Positions 53,644 through 63,188 of a DNA stretch of 64,000 nt are shown here, in pieces. Origin of the DNA: an uncultured Planctomycetaceae bacterium (GTDB lineage Bacteria; Planctomycetota; Planctomycetia; Planctomycetales; Planctomycetaceae). A program made the position numbers and the translations under genes. Where the stretch lies: NCBI GenBank assembly GCA_963813715.1, contig CAWFAK010000008.1, positions 352,001 to 416,000 on the forward strand, given 5' to 3'. Each line of letters starts with the position of its first letter. The stretch's first letter is position 1. The notes under the pieces are model-generated. The model did no database searches. It was not told where the DNA came from and saw only the letters and a list, made by a program, of their open reading frames with translations.

Positions 53644-55046
53644 TTACTCGATCACCTGATAAACCGCTCCGCCGCCGGGCGGCAGCGTCACTGTGATGCT
53701 TCGCCCCGACACTTGAAGGGCCGGCGCATTCCCCATTGGGACTAGCGACTGGACCTTTCTGTTCAGCGACAGGCTGATCGAGCCCGACGTTCGCTCCGGC
53801 GACGAAACGATCGCCGCATAAGTCACACCCCCTGGGCCGCCGAGGAAATTGAGGTAGTCTCCCGGCATTTGCCGACCCGATAAGCTCACGGGCGTTGGGT
53901 TCGGCGGAGAATGAATCAGCGTGTGCGACGCAAGCAGGATCGTCTGAACCGATTGGATATCGGGAATCGTTTGAGTCTGCAGCTGCACGAGCTGGGGCCC
54001 TGGCGTGTACCCCGGAAAACTGACGAGCCCGGGATAGCTGCCGGTGTTGTAGGCCTTCTTATAGGCCCAAGATGCTCCGCGCGGCGGTGCCGTCGCATCC
54101 GTCGACACCCACTCTGGAATCTGCGCGTAGACAAAAAAGATGACGCCTTTGGCTCCCATCGCAGCAGCCGCCCAAGCTTGCCACGATGCTTGCGCAGGCG
54201 TCGGCATCTCCCACTCGAGTCCGGAGCCCGCCGCGACCGTGACCGTTCCATTGGCATTGATCACGGAGGTTCCTTCCACTCCCTGGAACGCCTGGCCCAT
54301 CGCCCAGACTTGCGGGTTGCCCTCCTCGTACGCGGTCCCAATATCCGCCGCCATGTCGAGAAAATACGAGTAGGAACTGTTTCCGGTTGGCCCCGAGTTG
54401 GGATCGGCGAAAAAGGGATAGCGATCGAACGAAACCCAGGTCAGCGTGTTCACCGCTTTCAAGATCGTCGAGACGGTGCCCGGAGCCAGCACGGTCGTTA
54501 CGGGCAGATTGGCAGCCTGGGCCTGGGTCACATACGACGCGAGTTGTTTCGCATCCGCGGCCGGCGGTTCGTCGCCCAAACTGAAGGCGAACGGTTTCGT
54601 GTTGGCTCCATTCCAGATCGTTCCCAACGTCTCCAGAGCCGATGCGATGAAGGCGTTATTGTTCTGCGACGCGTTCAGGTAAAAGTCCCCGTCGGAGCCG
54701 TTGATGTTCATGACTCCAAACTGCTGCGCAGCCGCGGCGAACTCCGACACTTCGGCACTCGTGGCTTCAGGACCATCGGTCGTCCAAACCAGATTGAAGC
54801 TGTTGTTGGCCGTCAGGACGGGGAAAAAAGTCTGGGTCAAGAACGGAGTCAGGTTTTGTGCGCGATTGGCGGGGGTGTCCGTGTAGTCGGGAATGTAGGT
54901 CGTTTCCCAAGCCGTATACACGCCGAACACAAACTGCGTGGTCGGCGCATTGGTCTGGGCGAAATTGTTCGCAGTTACGGGTGAGAACGAGGTGACGACC
55001 AAAAGCAGAGAACAGCAAAGAAAGAGCAAGTGTCGTGGTTCTCATC
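53644..55046 (-). CDS. Secreted hypothetical protein, glycoside-hydrolase-like (start uncertain, 55029 or 55046)
   Basis: Signal-like N-terminus; FSLGDEP, VSFDRYPF, WAMGQAF, MGAKGVIFFVY; Asn/Thr-rich and lower GC. Confidence 0.6.
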
Positions 55047-55413
55047 TTTTGGACCTTGAAAACTGCGGTGGGGATTGCAGCTTTTTTGCCACAACTCAGG
55101 ACGTAGGCGGGTCTCGATCGAAGAGGCTTGCGGTGGCAGCCGATTGAGGGCGGAGAGAGCGGACAATCCCAGCGGGCGATTTCCTGGAAGGATACGGCGA
55201 CTGCGCAATACACGAGACATATGGCCGGATGCGCTGCTGCAAATCAAGCGGTAATTGTCAAGTTGAGCCGACAAACGATGAAAATGGCGCCGTCAATTAG
55301 TGGACAAACGTTTCAAGACGCGCCGACAACCCCGGGCGGGCCGCAGTGCATCCGCTGGGTGCGCCGCCAAAATCGAGCGCGAGCCCGATGCACTAACCGT
55401 GGACTCTCTAATC

Positions 55414-57306
55414 TCAGCGAACGGCTGGCACCCCCTGACCTGGGTCGATCGAAGTCCGCCCCACGGTGGCGTCTCGCGGTTGGGGGACAGAATTGTCCCG
55501 CGGAACTCGCAAATAGCCGAGCGTCTGTCGCAGGATCTCCGCGGCGGCTGGGGCGGCGACCGTTCCGCCGTAGTGGGTGCCGCTCGTCGTCGGTTCGTCG
55601 ACGACGACCAGCACGAGCACGCGCGGCGCGGCGGCCGGGGCTCCGCATAAGAAGGAGCTGACGTACTTGTCGGCCGAGTACGTTCCCGTCGCCGGATCGA
55701 GCTTTTGGGCTGTCCCCGTTTTGCCGAAGACTGAATAGCCGGGCAAATTCGCTCGCGTGCCCGTGCCGCGGAGGACGACGTCGCGCATCGGCCCTTCGAT
55801 GAGCCAGCGTGCCGATTCGTGATCGGTCGGGCGGCTGACAAGGGGCGTCGATAGCGGCAACTCTCTCCCACCTTCGGCCGGCGCGTCGAGTGTGCGGCCA
55901 TCGAGCGTACGCAACACGAGCTTGGGCGAGATCAGCGTCCCGCCGTTGGCGAGTGCGGCGTGGGCGGCGATCATCTGCAGCGGCGTCACCGCCAACTCCT
56001 GGCCGATCGAGAGCGACGCGTTCGAGTACGACGACCAGCGCTTCACCGGATGCACCAGGCCGCCAATTTCTCCGGGCAGCCCCGAGCCGGGAACGCGGCC
56101 GAAGCCGAACGCGGCGATCGTCGCGAACAGCTCGGCGTTCGACAGCCGCGCCCCGATTCGCGACATGCCGATGTTGCTCGACTTCACCAACACGTCGGCC
56201 ACGCTGAGCAGGCCGAACGGATGCGTGTCGTGAAAGATGCGGCTGGCGAGGTGTGTTTCGCCGCCGGCGCAATCGATCGCCTCGTCGGGCCTGACACGGC
56301 CGCGCTCGAGCGCCCCGGCGACGACGAACGGCTTGAACGTCGAGCCCGGCTCGTACATCCAGGCGATGGCCCGATTCATCCAGGCTTCTTCCGAGACGCC
56401 TTCCGGACGGTTCGGATCGAAGGCCGGCCGCGACGCCATCGCGAGGATCTCGCCGCTGGCCGGATCCGCGACGAGCGCGACGGCCCCGCGCGGCATCCAC
56501 TCGGCGACGACCCGATCGAGCTCGCGCTCGGCGTAAAGCTGGACGATCGAATCGAGCGTCGTCACGACCGAGCGCCCGGGTTGCGGCGGAATATCGGTAT
56601 CGTCGGGCACGTCGATCACGCGGCCCCGCGCGTCGCGGTACAGCGTTCGCCTTCCCGGTTTCCCGCGGAGGACGGCCGCCAACGACTGCTCCAGGCCGCC
56701 GCGGCAATTTCCGTCGACGTCCCGCAGACCGAGGACGTGGGCCGCGAGCGCCCCCTGCGGATATCGGCGGACGAACTCGTCGCGAAATCCCCATGCGGCC
56801 GGCGGCAGGTCGAGCGCGCCGACGGCTTGCTCTTCCTCTGGAGTCAGCCGCCGCTTCACCCAGGCGAATTTCTTGTCGTCCCGCTGTAGCCGCTCGCAGA
56901 GGCGACCGGCATCGAGACCCAGCGCGCGGGCGACGCGCTGTGCGGAAGGCCACGGGTCAGCGATTTTTTCCGGCACGACGAACAAGCTGCGGGCGACAAC
57001 CGACGTCGCCAGCACGCGGCCGCCGCGGTCGAGCAAATCGCCGGGCGGCGCGGGCAGCAGCTCGACGTACGATTTCTGCCGCGTCCCCCGCTCCGCCAGC
57101 CGCGCGCGTTCGACCACCTGCAGCTGCACGAGCCTCGCTGCGACGGCCAGGCCGCCCAGCGCGAGCATGCCCACGATCATGCCGCGCCGCAGCCGAATGT
57201 TGGCGGGCTTCCCGGGGCGCCGTAACAACGGTGCGCGCACGGGCGGCGCAGTGGCAGCGAGGGTATCCGCATGAGACGGATCGAGGGGCGCGGGCTCTGC
57301 GGACAT
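55414..57306 (-). CDS. ftsI: Class B penicillin-binding protein (FtsI/PBP3-like transpeptidase)
   Basis: Single TM, dimerisation domain (RRYPQG, GGLEQ), EPGSTFK (SxxK), KSSN (SxN), GKTGTAQK (KTG). Confidence 0.9.
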   Translation of the reverse strand: MSAEPAPLDPSHADTLAATAPPVRAPLLRRPGKPANIRLRRGMIVGMLALGGLAVAARLVQLQVVERARLAERGTRQKSYVELLPAPPGDLLDRGGRVLATSVVARSLFVVPEKIADPWPSAQRVARALGLDAGRLCERLQRDDKKFAWVKRRLTPEEEQAVGALDLPPAAWGFRDEFVRRYPQGALAAHVLGLRDVDGNCRGGLEQSLAAVLRGKPGRRTLYRDARGRVIDVPDDTDIPPQPGRSVVTTLDSIVQLYAERELDRVVAEWMPRGAVALVADPASGEILAMASRPAFDPNRPEGVSEEAWMNRAIAWMYEPGSTFKPFVVAGALERGRVRPDEAIDCAGGETHLASRIFHDTHPFGLLSVADVLVKSSNIGMSRIGARLSNAELFATIAAFGFGRVPGSGLPGEIGGLVHPVKRWSSYSNASLSIGQELAVTPLQMIAAHAALANGGTLISPKLVLRTLDGRTLDAPAEGGRELPLSTPLVSRPTDHESARWLIEGPMRDVVLRGTGTRANLPGYSVFGKTGTAQKLDPATGTYSADKYVSSFLCGAPAAAPRVLVLVVVDEPTTSGTHYGGTVAAPAAAEILRQTLGYLRVPRDNSVPQPRDATVGRTSIDPGQGVPAVR

Positions 57307-57321
57307 CCGAGCGTGCCCTGA

Positions 57322-57636
57322 TTAGTAGTCGCGAGTGCCGGTTTCGTGCTCCGCCACGATCGCCGGTCGCCGTGCGACCTCAGCGTGCGATTTGCCCGTC
57401 GCTTTGCCCGCGATCACTTCGCGCCGCTCGTTCTCCAGCGCATCGAGCAGCCGGGCCGGGGCGCCGAGCTGCTGCGTCTGCAGCCGCTGCCGCGCGTAGA
57501 GGTCGCGCAGAACCTCGTAGCGATAGTGCTCGCGGGCCAGCGCGCGGCGGAGCGTCAGGCACCGTTTTTCGAGGGCGATCCCCGAGACGGCAACCAGCAC
57601 CGCCAGCACCAACGCCGCACCGAAGCGAAAATACAT
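57322..57636 (-). CDS. FtsL-like bitopic coiled-coil protein
   Basis: N-terminal TM, about 35-aa heptad-like segment, LGAPARL; immediately upstream of ftsI. Confidence 0.6.
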   Translation of the reverse strand: MYFRFGAALVLAVLVAVSGIALEKRCLTLRRALAREHYRYEVLRDLYARQRLQTQQLGAPARLLDALENERREVIAGKATGKSHAEVARRPAIVAEHETGTRDY

Positions 57637-57646
57637 CGCTTCGTAG

Positions 57647-59535
57647 TTATCGGCGCTCGTCGACCTCGCTCGACAGTCCGACGCTGCTGGCATCGCCGGG
57701 CAGCGCCAGCTCGAGCCCGACTTTCACTTGGTTGGGGTTGGACAACTTATCGCGGTTCATCTCGTAAATCTGAATCCAGCGCGACGAACGCCCCAGATGC
57801 TTGGACGCGATCTCCGAGAGCGTGTCGTGCTCGCCCGTGCGATATTTCGCGGTGCCGTCGGGGCTGATGAAGAATCCGGTTGGCGCGGATTTGGCGGTTG
57901 CGTCCTCGGCGGCCGTCGTCTGCACCCGCGTGCCCGCCGGCAGGAACTGGCCATACTGCTCCTCCAGCACCTCGACCGGCGGCGTGCTGACCTTCATGCC
58001 CGGACGCATCCGGCTCGGATCGGGAATCCGCGACTTGTTGAGCTCGGCGAGCGCCTGGAAGTAGCGGGCGTTGCCGTATTTTTTCCGCGAGATGGTCCAA
58101 AAGTTGTCCTGCGGCTGCACGACGTAGTAGTCGCCGGCGTCGCTGGTCGTTCCCACCGGCGAGACGGCGCCGGGGCTCGTCGTCGCGTGAGCCGGCTGGG
58201 CGAGCGGATTTTCGGCCGTGGCCGAGGGCGAGAACCTTTCGGCCGAACCCGACTGAGAAAACCTTTCGGCCGAACCCGTGCCCGCTCCCGGTCGATTGCC
58301 GCCAAACGGATCGTCGGACCCAGCCGCCGGACGGGGCTCGCCGTTTTGCACGAGCGTGTTGCTCGACGCGTTGAGCGACGCCGTGCCGGCGGTGCGCTGT
58401 TGCGGCGGCTCGCCACCAAACGGGGAGTCGCCACTGCTGGGCGAGCGTTCGTTGCCACCCAGGAGCGCTTCCGCCCTGCCACTAGTCGACGCTCCGGCCA
58501 TTGGCGCGCCCGCGGCGGCCGCTCCTCCACTCGGGCCGCCGGGATTGAAGCCCTCCGTGCCGGTGGCGTGCGCATTCTGATTGAAATGGACCACGCCGTT
58601 GCCGGCCGTCGTCGGGTGCCCGACGTGCGGGTGCTCGTCCAGCGTGTCGTTGTCCAGCGGCTCACTCTGCGCGGGTGGATTGCGGCCTGCATTGTTTTGG
58701 CCCATCTGATTTGGCAGCTGGGCTGTCTTCGCGAGGCCCGCCGGTTCCAGTTGATTCTCGCGTCCCGCCATGTGCTGCGGATTTTGCCCCGCCAATTCGC
58801 GGCGGCCGCCATTCTCGTCCGGGAAGAGGTTCTGCATGTCGGAGTCAGCTTTGGCGGCCGTCGCGTGCGGAGCGCCGGCGCTTCCTGCCGGAAGGCCCGC
58901 GTTCTGACCGCGTGAACCCGCGAAGTCTTGGCCGCCGTTCGGCGGGAATTTACCATTCGGCTCGACTCTGCCTGAGGGCGACGCGTTGTCAAAGGGAGAC
59001 GCGCCGCCCTGCGCCCCGCCAGCGACCGGCTGGCCAGGCTCCGACTGTGCCGGGGGCTGTTGCGGCCGACGCTCCGGTTGTCCGCCCAAGTCTCCGAATG
59101 GATTGGCTTCGGTCTCGTGTCCGCCCGCAGGGGCGGAGTGGCCTGCCGGTGTCAGTGCGACGGAGCCGGCACCCGCGCGATTCTGTTGACGATTTCGCTC
59201 GGCCGGATTCACACCGCGGTTGGCACCCTGTTCGTCGAGCGAGCCAAAGCCGTTGGCCGAAGTGCCGCCGAGATGGGCGATGCCGGCCGTTCTCTGCCCA
59301 GCGACGCGGCGCCGCCGGTAAGATTTTCGTGAGTATTCCCGTCGTGCTCGCCGTCAAAGGGCGAGTTGCTCGCGTCGGCGTGCTTCTCCCCCGCAGCGCC
59401 CTCGGTGCCGGGCGCCGTCGCGTCGACGGTCAGCGCGTCAGGGTTGTGCTTGGCTTCCTGGTACTTGCGATAGGCGACGAAGCTGAAGACGCCGGCCAGC
59501 ACTACGACTAGCACCAGCCCCAGGATGCGACTCAA
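57647..59535 (-). CDS. Membrane-anchored protein with long disordered linker and two C-terminal LysM domains (1 apparent frameshift ~59298)
   Basis: TTG start overlapping the rsmH TGA; TM SRILGLVLVVVLAGVFSFVAY; YVVQPQDNFWTISRKKYG and YRTGEHDTLSEIASKHLG LysM motifs. Confidence 0.85.
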
Positions 59536-60533
59536 GGTCGAGTTGTCCGGGGAGGCGGGGACGTCCCAGTCGGCCTCGTGGCCGTCTTCCGCGTCGCTGC
59601 CCGCAGCTTCGCGGTGCGCGAGCGCGGATTCATCCTCTGTTCCGCCGACCGAGCCGTGACCGGTTTGGGGGTAAGGTTTTGCCATAGTGCTTGGTCCCGA
59701 AAAGCGTCTTTGACCAATCGATCTTCGAGGGAATGAAAACTGGCGATCACCGCGCGGCCGCCCGGCTTCAACCGGTCGGGCAGCGCTGTGGCGAGGAATT
59801 CTTGGAGGTGTTCCAGCTCGTGATTGACGGCAATCCGCAAGGCTTGAAAGACACGAGTGGCTGGGTGAGTGGAGACAGGAGCGGCGTGATGCCGCTTGGG
59901 ACCGCGGGGCTGCGCGGCGGCAACAGCCGCGACAAGATTGGCGGCCGTCCAATGCGTGACATCCGCGCGACGCGCGACGATGGCTCGAGCAATCGCCCGG
60001 CTGGCCCGCTCTTCGCCAAAACGCTCGAGCAACTCGGCCAATTCGCTTTCGTCGAGCGTAGCGAGCAGTTCCGATGCGGTTGGCCCAGTGGAAGGATCGA
60101 ATCGCATATCGAGCGGCGCGCGGCCCGACTGGCTTTGCTGAATGCCGCTCTGGATGCCGAACCCGCGCAACGGGTCGGCCAATTGGTCGGACGACAGTCC
60201 CAGGTCGAGCAGCAAGCGGTCGACTTGGGCGATTCCGAGTGAGTCGAGGATGGTGGGCAGCTCGGCATAACTGGCTGGTTTCAAGGTCACGCGGGTGTCC
60301 GCCAAGACGCGGGACGCTCGGGCGAGCATTGTGGGATCGCGGTCCAGGCCGATCAGTCGGCCGTCGGCTCCGAGTTGTTCGAGGATGACTTGGCTATGAC
60401 CGCCACCGCCGACCGTGCCGTCGACTACCACGAGTCCCGGTTGCAGCTCCAGAAGCTGCAAGACTTCCCGGACGAGCACCGGACGGTGCACGGACGCGCC
60501 CGGATCGTGGCCGGCCGGCGTCGGATCGGACAT
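59532..60533 (-). CDS. rsmH: 16S rRNA m4C1402 methyltransferase
   Basis: HRPVL, DGTVGGGGHS, LDLGLSS, LDMRFD, FQALRIAVNHE, SFHSLEDR, NPRSRTAKLR. Confidence 0.97.
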   Translation of the reverse strand: MSDPTPAGHDPGASVHRPVLVREVLQLLELQPGLVVVDGTVGGGGHSQVILEQLGADGRLIGLDRDPTMLARASRVLADTRVTLKPASYAELPTILDSLGIAQVDRLLLDLGLSSDQLADPLRGFGIQSGIQQSQSGRAPLDMRFDPSTGPTASELLATLDESELAELLERFGEERASRAIARAIVARRADVTHWTAANLVAAVAAAQPRGPKRHHAAPVSTHPATRVFQALRIAVNHELEHLQEFLATALPDRLKPGGRAVIASFHSLEDRLVKDAFRDQALWQNLTPKPVTARSAEQRMNPRSRTAKLRAATRKTATRPTGTSPPPRTTRP

Positions 60534-60936
60534 TGGCTTTATGCGAAGGCGTTTGAGTTGTGTTGTGAGCGAGCGCTACGAGACGGGAAATGAGAGCGTT
60601 GGGTAGTTGCTGGTCGAAAGCCGGTCGCAGCCGCCCCGACGGATTTTGGCCCGAGGAAACTCGGCCCGAAAGGAACTTTGAGGGGGAATCTTAGAGGGGA
60701 GGTTGCGGGCTCGACCGCCGAAGGGAGGCGCTTTTACGAGATTTTCAGAATCCTGAAAACCCCAAAACGCCGCGGGGAGGAGCCGTTTCGCGCCAATCGC
60801 GGGAGGAAAAAACGCACCCGCGGCGAAGCGCGGGCAGAAGAAAATGCGCCCGCGGTCAGCGCGGGGCAGAATTAAACGGGGCACGCGGCGGCCGGCAGGG
60901 CGCCTGCCCGCGCCGCGGCCCCCAAATGCCACTGGC

Positions 60937-61115
60937 AAAAAAGTAAACCGAGCCATTCGCCTCCGGGAGACATCCTTGGCTCCCGATCGGAGAGGCGAAT
61001 GGCTCATGGACTAGCAGGACAGGGTGGCCCTGCATCAACCGTCCATAGGTTTACCGGCGAAGCCTCCTGCTTCCCGTGTCCGCAAAGCCCGGTAAGCCAG
61101 CGGATTATTCCTGCG
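60937..61115 (-). ncRNA. Candidate structured RNA (three hairpins, GGA-rich loops, terminator-like 3' end) between mraZ and rsmH
   Basis: Perfect 14-bp IR 60950-63/60992-61005; stems 61006-11/61041-46 and 61048-57/61089-98; U-tract on the minus strand. Confidence 0.5.
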
Positions 61116-61225
61116 AAACTGATGCAATTTCGGTCAACAACGCGGCGCTTCGATCATCAACGGGGCGCTTAATCAACAACGTGACGAGTGGAACGAGAAC
61201 CGTCGCGGCGGCGAACAGACGAACG

Positions 61226-61672
61226 TCAGTCGAGCGCCTGCGAACCCAGATCGTCGAAGTTGGGAGCGTTCTTCGTCAGCAGCTCATCCCAGGCCATTTT
61301 GTCCCAAATTTCCGCATGATCCCGCACGCCGACCAGCACGATGTCGTGCTTCAGGGCGGCGTGCTTCACGAGTCGTTCCGGGATGCGAATTCGTCCTTGA
61401 GGATCCACGGAGATCTCCTCGGCTGACGGAAAGAGCATGCGGAAAAAATTGCGGGAGCCGGCCTGGTTGGTGGCATGCTCCTGAAGTCTGGCGGACCGCG
61501 CTTCAAACCCTTCGGCACTAAACAGGTCGAGACACCCGTCCATTCCGGGGGCCACAAAAACCACTACCTCTTCGTCTTGCGAGAGCTGCTTTCTCAGAGG
61601 CTTCGGAATGGCGATGCGGAGCTTTTCATCCAGGATTCGCTCATAGGTACCCGTGAGGGTCCTGGTCGCCAT
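61226..61672 (-). CDS. mraZ: Transcriptional regulator MraZ
   Basis: GTYERILDEKLRIAIP and VDPQGRIRIP (two DxxxR motifs), EIWD; upstream of rsmH. Confidence 0.95.
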   Translation of the reverse strand: MATRTLTGTYERILDEKLRIAIPKPLRKQLSQDEEVVVFVAPGMDGCLDLFSAEGFEARSARLQEHATNQAGSRNFFRMLFPSAEEISVDPQGRIRIPERLVKHAALKHDIVLVGVRDHAEIWDKMAWDELLTKNAPNFDDLGSQALD

Positions 61673-61692
61673 TTTTCACCATAATTCACCAC
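61667..61692 (-). promoter_or_regulatory. Putative MraZ operator
   Basis: Minus strand GTGGTG-aatt-ATGGTG-aaaa-ATGGCG: 6-mers with 4-nt A/T spacers. Confidence 0.7.
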
Positions 61693-61864
61693 TGCGTGGG
61701 ATTCCGTTTTTACCAAGTGCCGGCGGTGTTTCAAGCGAGGGATTTGTTAAATGTCTGGCCAGCGCGCCGTGTCCGCGCAAGATCGTTCCGACAAGCGGAG
61801 TTACGACTTCTCAACTTTTTTTCACGCGAGGCCGAATGCGCAAAGTTGAACGTCGTTATATGCG

Positions 61865-63094
61865 TCACTTGGACGAGCGAGCGGCCAATTCGGCATAAAG
61901 CCGCTCATAGGCCGCGGCCACAATCGGCCAGGTAAAGCGTTCTTTGACAATGCTTTGCGCCTCGGCTGCGGCGTCCCGCGAGTGCTCGCGATCGGCCAGA
62001 GTCGCCCGCAAAGCGTCCGCCAAGCCATTCTCCCCACTGCTACCCACCCCGGCGTCCAATTGCCGATCGCCGCCCCCCACACCGCCCATTTGCGGACCGA
62101 CGCTCACCACCCGTCCCCACTTCCCGTCCCCCAGCAAGTCGCGGATCCCTTCCACTGTGGTGGCCACCACCGGTGTTCCGGCGGCCATCGCTTCCAGCAC
62201 GACGTTGGGCAATCCCTCCCATCGCGACGGCAGCACAAACACGTCGGCCGCCCGCATCAGTCCGGCGATGTTGGCCTGGCGGCCCGCGAAGTGAATCCGC
62301 CCGTCCAGATTTCGCGCGGTTGTCCACGCGCGTAGTTCACTCGCCAGCGGACCGTCTCCGACCATCAACAGATGCACGTCGGCGTGATCGACGACGAGCT
62401 GCGCGGCCGCATGCAACAGTTCGAACGGACCTTTTTGCGGATCGAGCCGACCGACGAACAACACGACGCGACTGCCGGTCGGCACGCCAAACGGCGCGAG
62501 ATCAACGGGCGCCGCGTTCGCGAAGCGCTCGACGTCGACGCCGTTGGGAATCACGGACATCTTCGCGCTGGGTAAGCGGCCAACCTGCGCGGAGAAATCC
62601 GCCACGTCGCGGCTAACGCAGACGTGCCGCGTCACCAACCGATCGGTGAGGCGATCGAGCCACAGCCGCGGGCGGCTGCGTTTTTCCGCCACGCGAATTC
62701 CGGAGACAATCACGGGCACGCGAGCCGCGGTTCCTGCCAGGCGTCCCACGATGTTCGCATGAAACAGGAAAGTCTGCAGGATCGCGGGCCGCAGCGCCGC
62801 CAATCGCCGCGCGAGGGGCCACACAACAAAGAAATCGCGCAAGCACCGCGCCCCCAGACAGACGACGTCGACGCCGGCCGCCCGCAGCTCGTCGACCAGG
62901 ACGCCCCCGGCGTCGAGACAAAATACGTGCGGTTCCCAGCGGCGGCGATCGAGTCGCGTTACGATTTGCACGAGCGCTCGCTCGGCCCCACCCGCGTCGA
63001 GATCGGTGACGCAAAAGGCGATGCGCGTGGGCGATGTCTGGCTGGGCTGCGTCTGAGTGGGCGGGGTTTCGCGGGACACGGGGTTGAGCGACAC
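61865..63094 (-). CDS. GT4-family glycosyltransferase
   Basis: GGAERAL, IPNGVD, VGRLDPQKG, PSRWEGLPNVVLEAMA. Confidence 0.93.
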   Translation of the reverse strand: MSLNPVSRETPPTQTQPSQTSPTRIAFCVTDLDAGGAERALVQIVTRLDRRRWEPHVFCLDAGGVLVDELRAAGVDVVCLGARCLRDFFVVWPLARRLAALRPAILQTFLFHANIVGRLAGTAARVPVIVSGIRVAEKRSRPRLWLDRLTDRLVTRHVCVSRDVADFSAQVGRLPSAKMSVIPNGVDVERFANAAPVDLAPFGVPTGSRVVLFVGRLDPQKGPFELLHAAAQLVVDHADVHLLMVGDGPLASELRAWTTARNLDGRIHFAGRQANIAGLMRAADVFVLPSRWEGLPNVVLEAMAAGTPVVATTVEGIRDLLGDGKWGRVVSVGPQMGGVGGGDRQLDAGVGSSGENGLADALRATLADREHSRDAAAEAQSIVKERFTWPIVAAAYERLYAELAARSSK

Positions 63095-63188
63095 GAGGTT
63101 TGCGCGACGGGAGGGTTCGCGCGGCAGGGTTTCGCGCGAGACGGAACGCTTTTCGACTTCAGTCTAACAGGTGAATGGCCCGCCGCAG

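Noticed and set aside
59209..59952. Separate 247-aa ORF overlapping rsmH, with a second gene starting at 59212
   Set aside because: Better explained as one LysM gene starting at TTG 59535 with a missing G near 59298.
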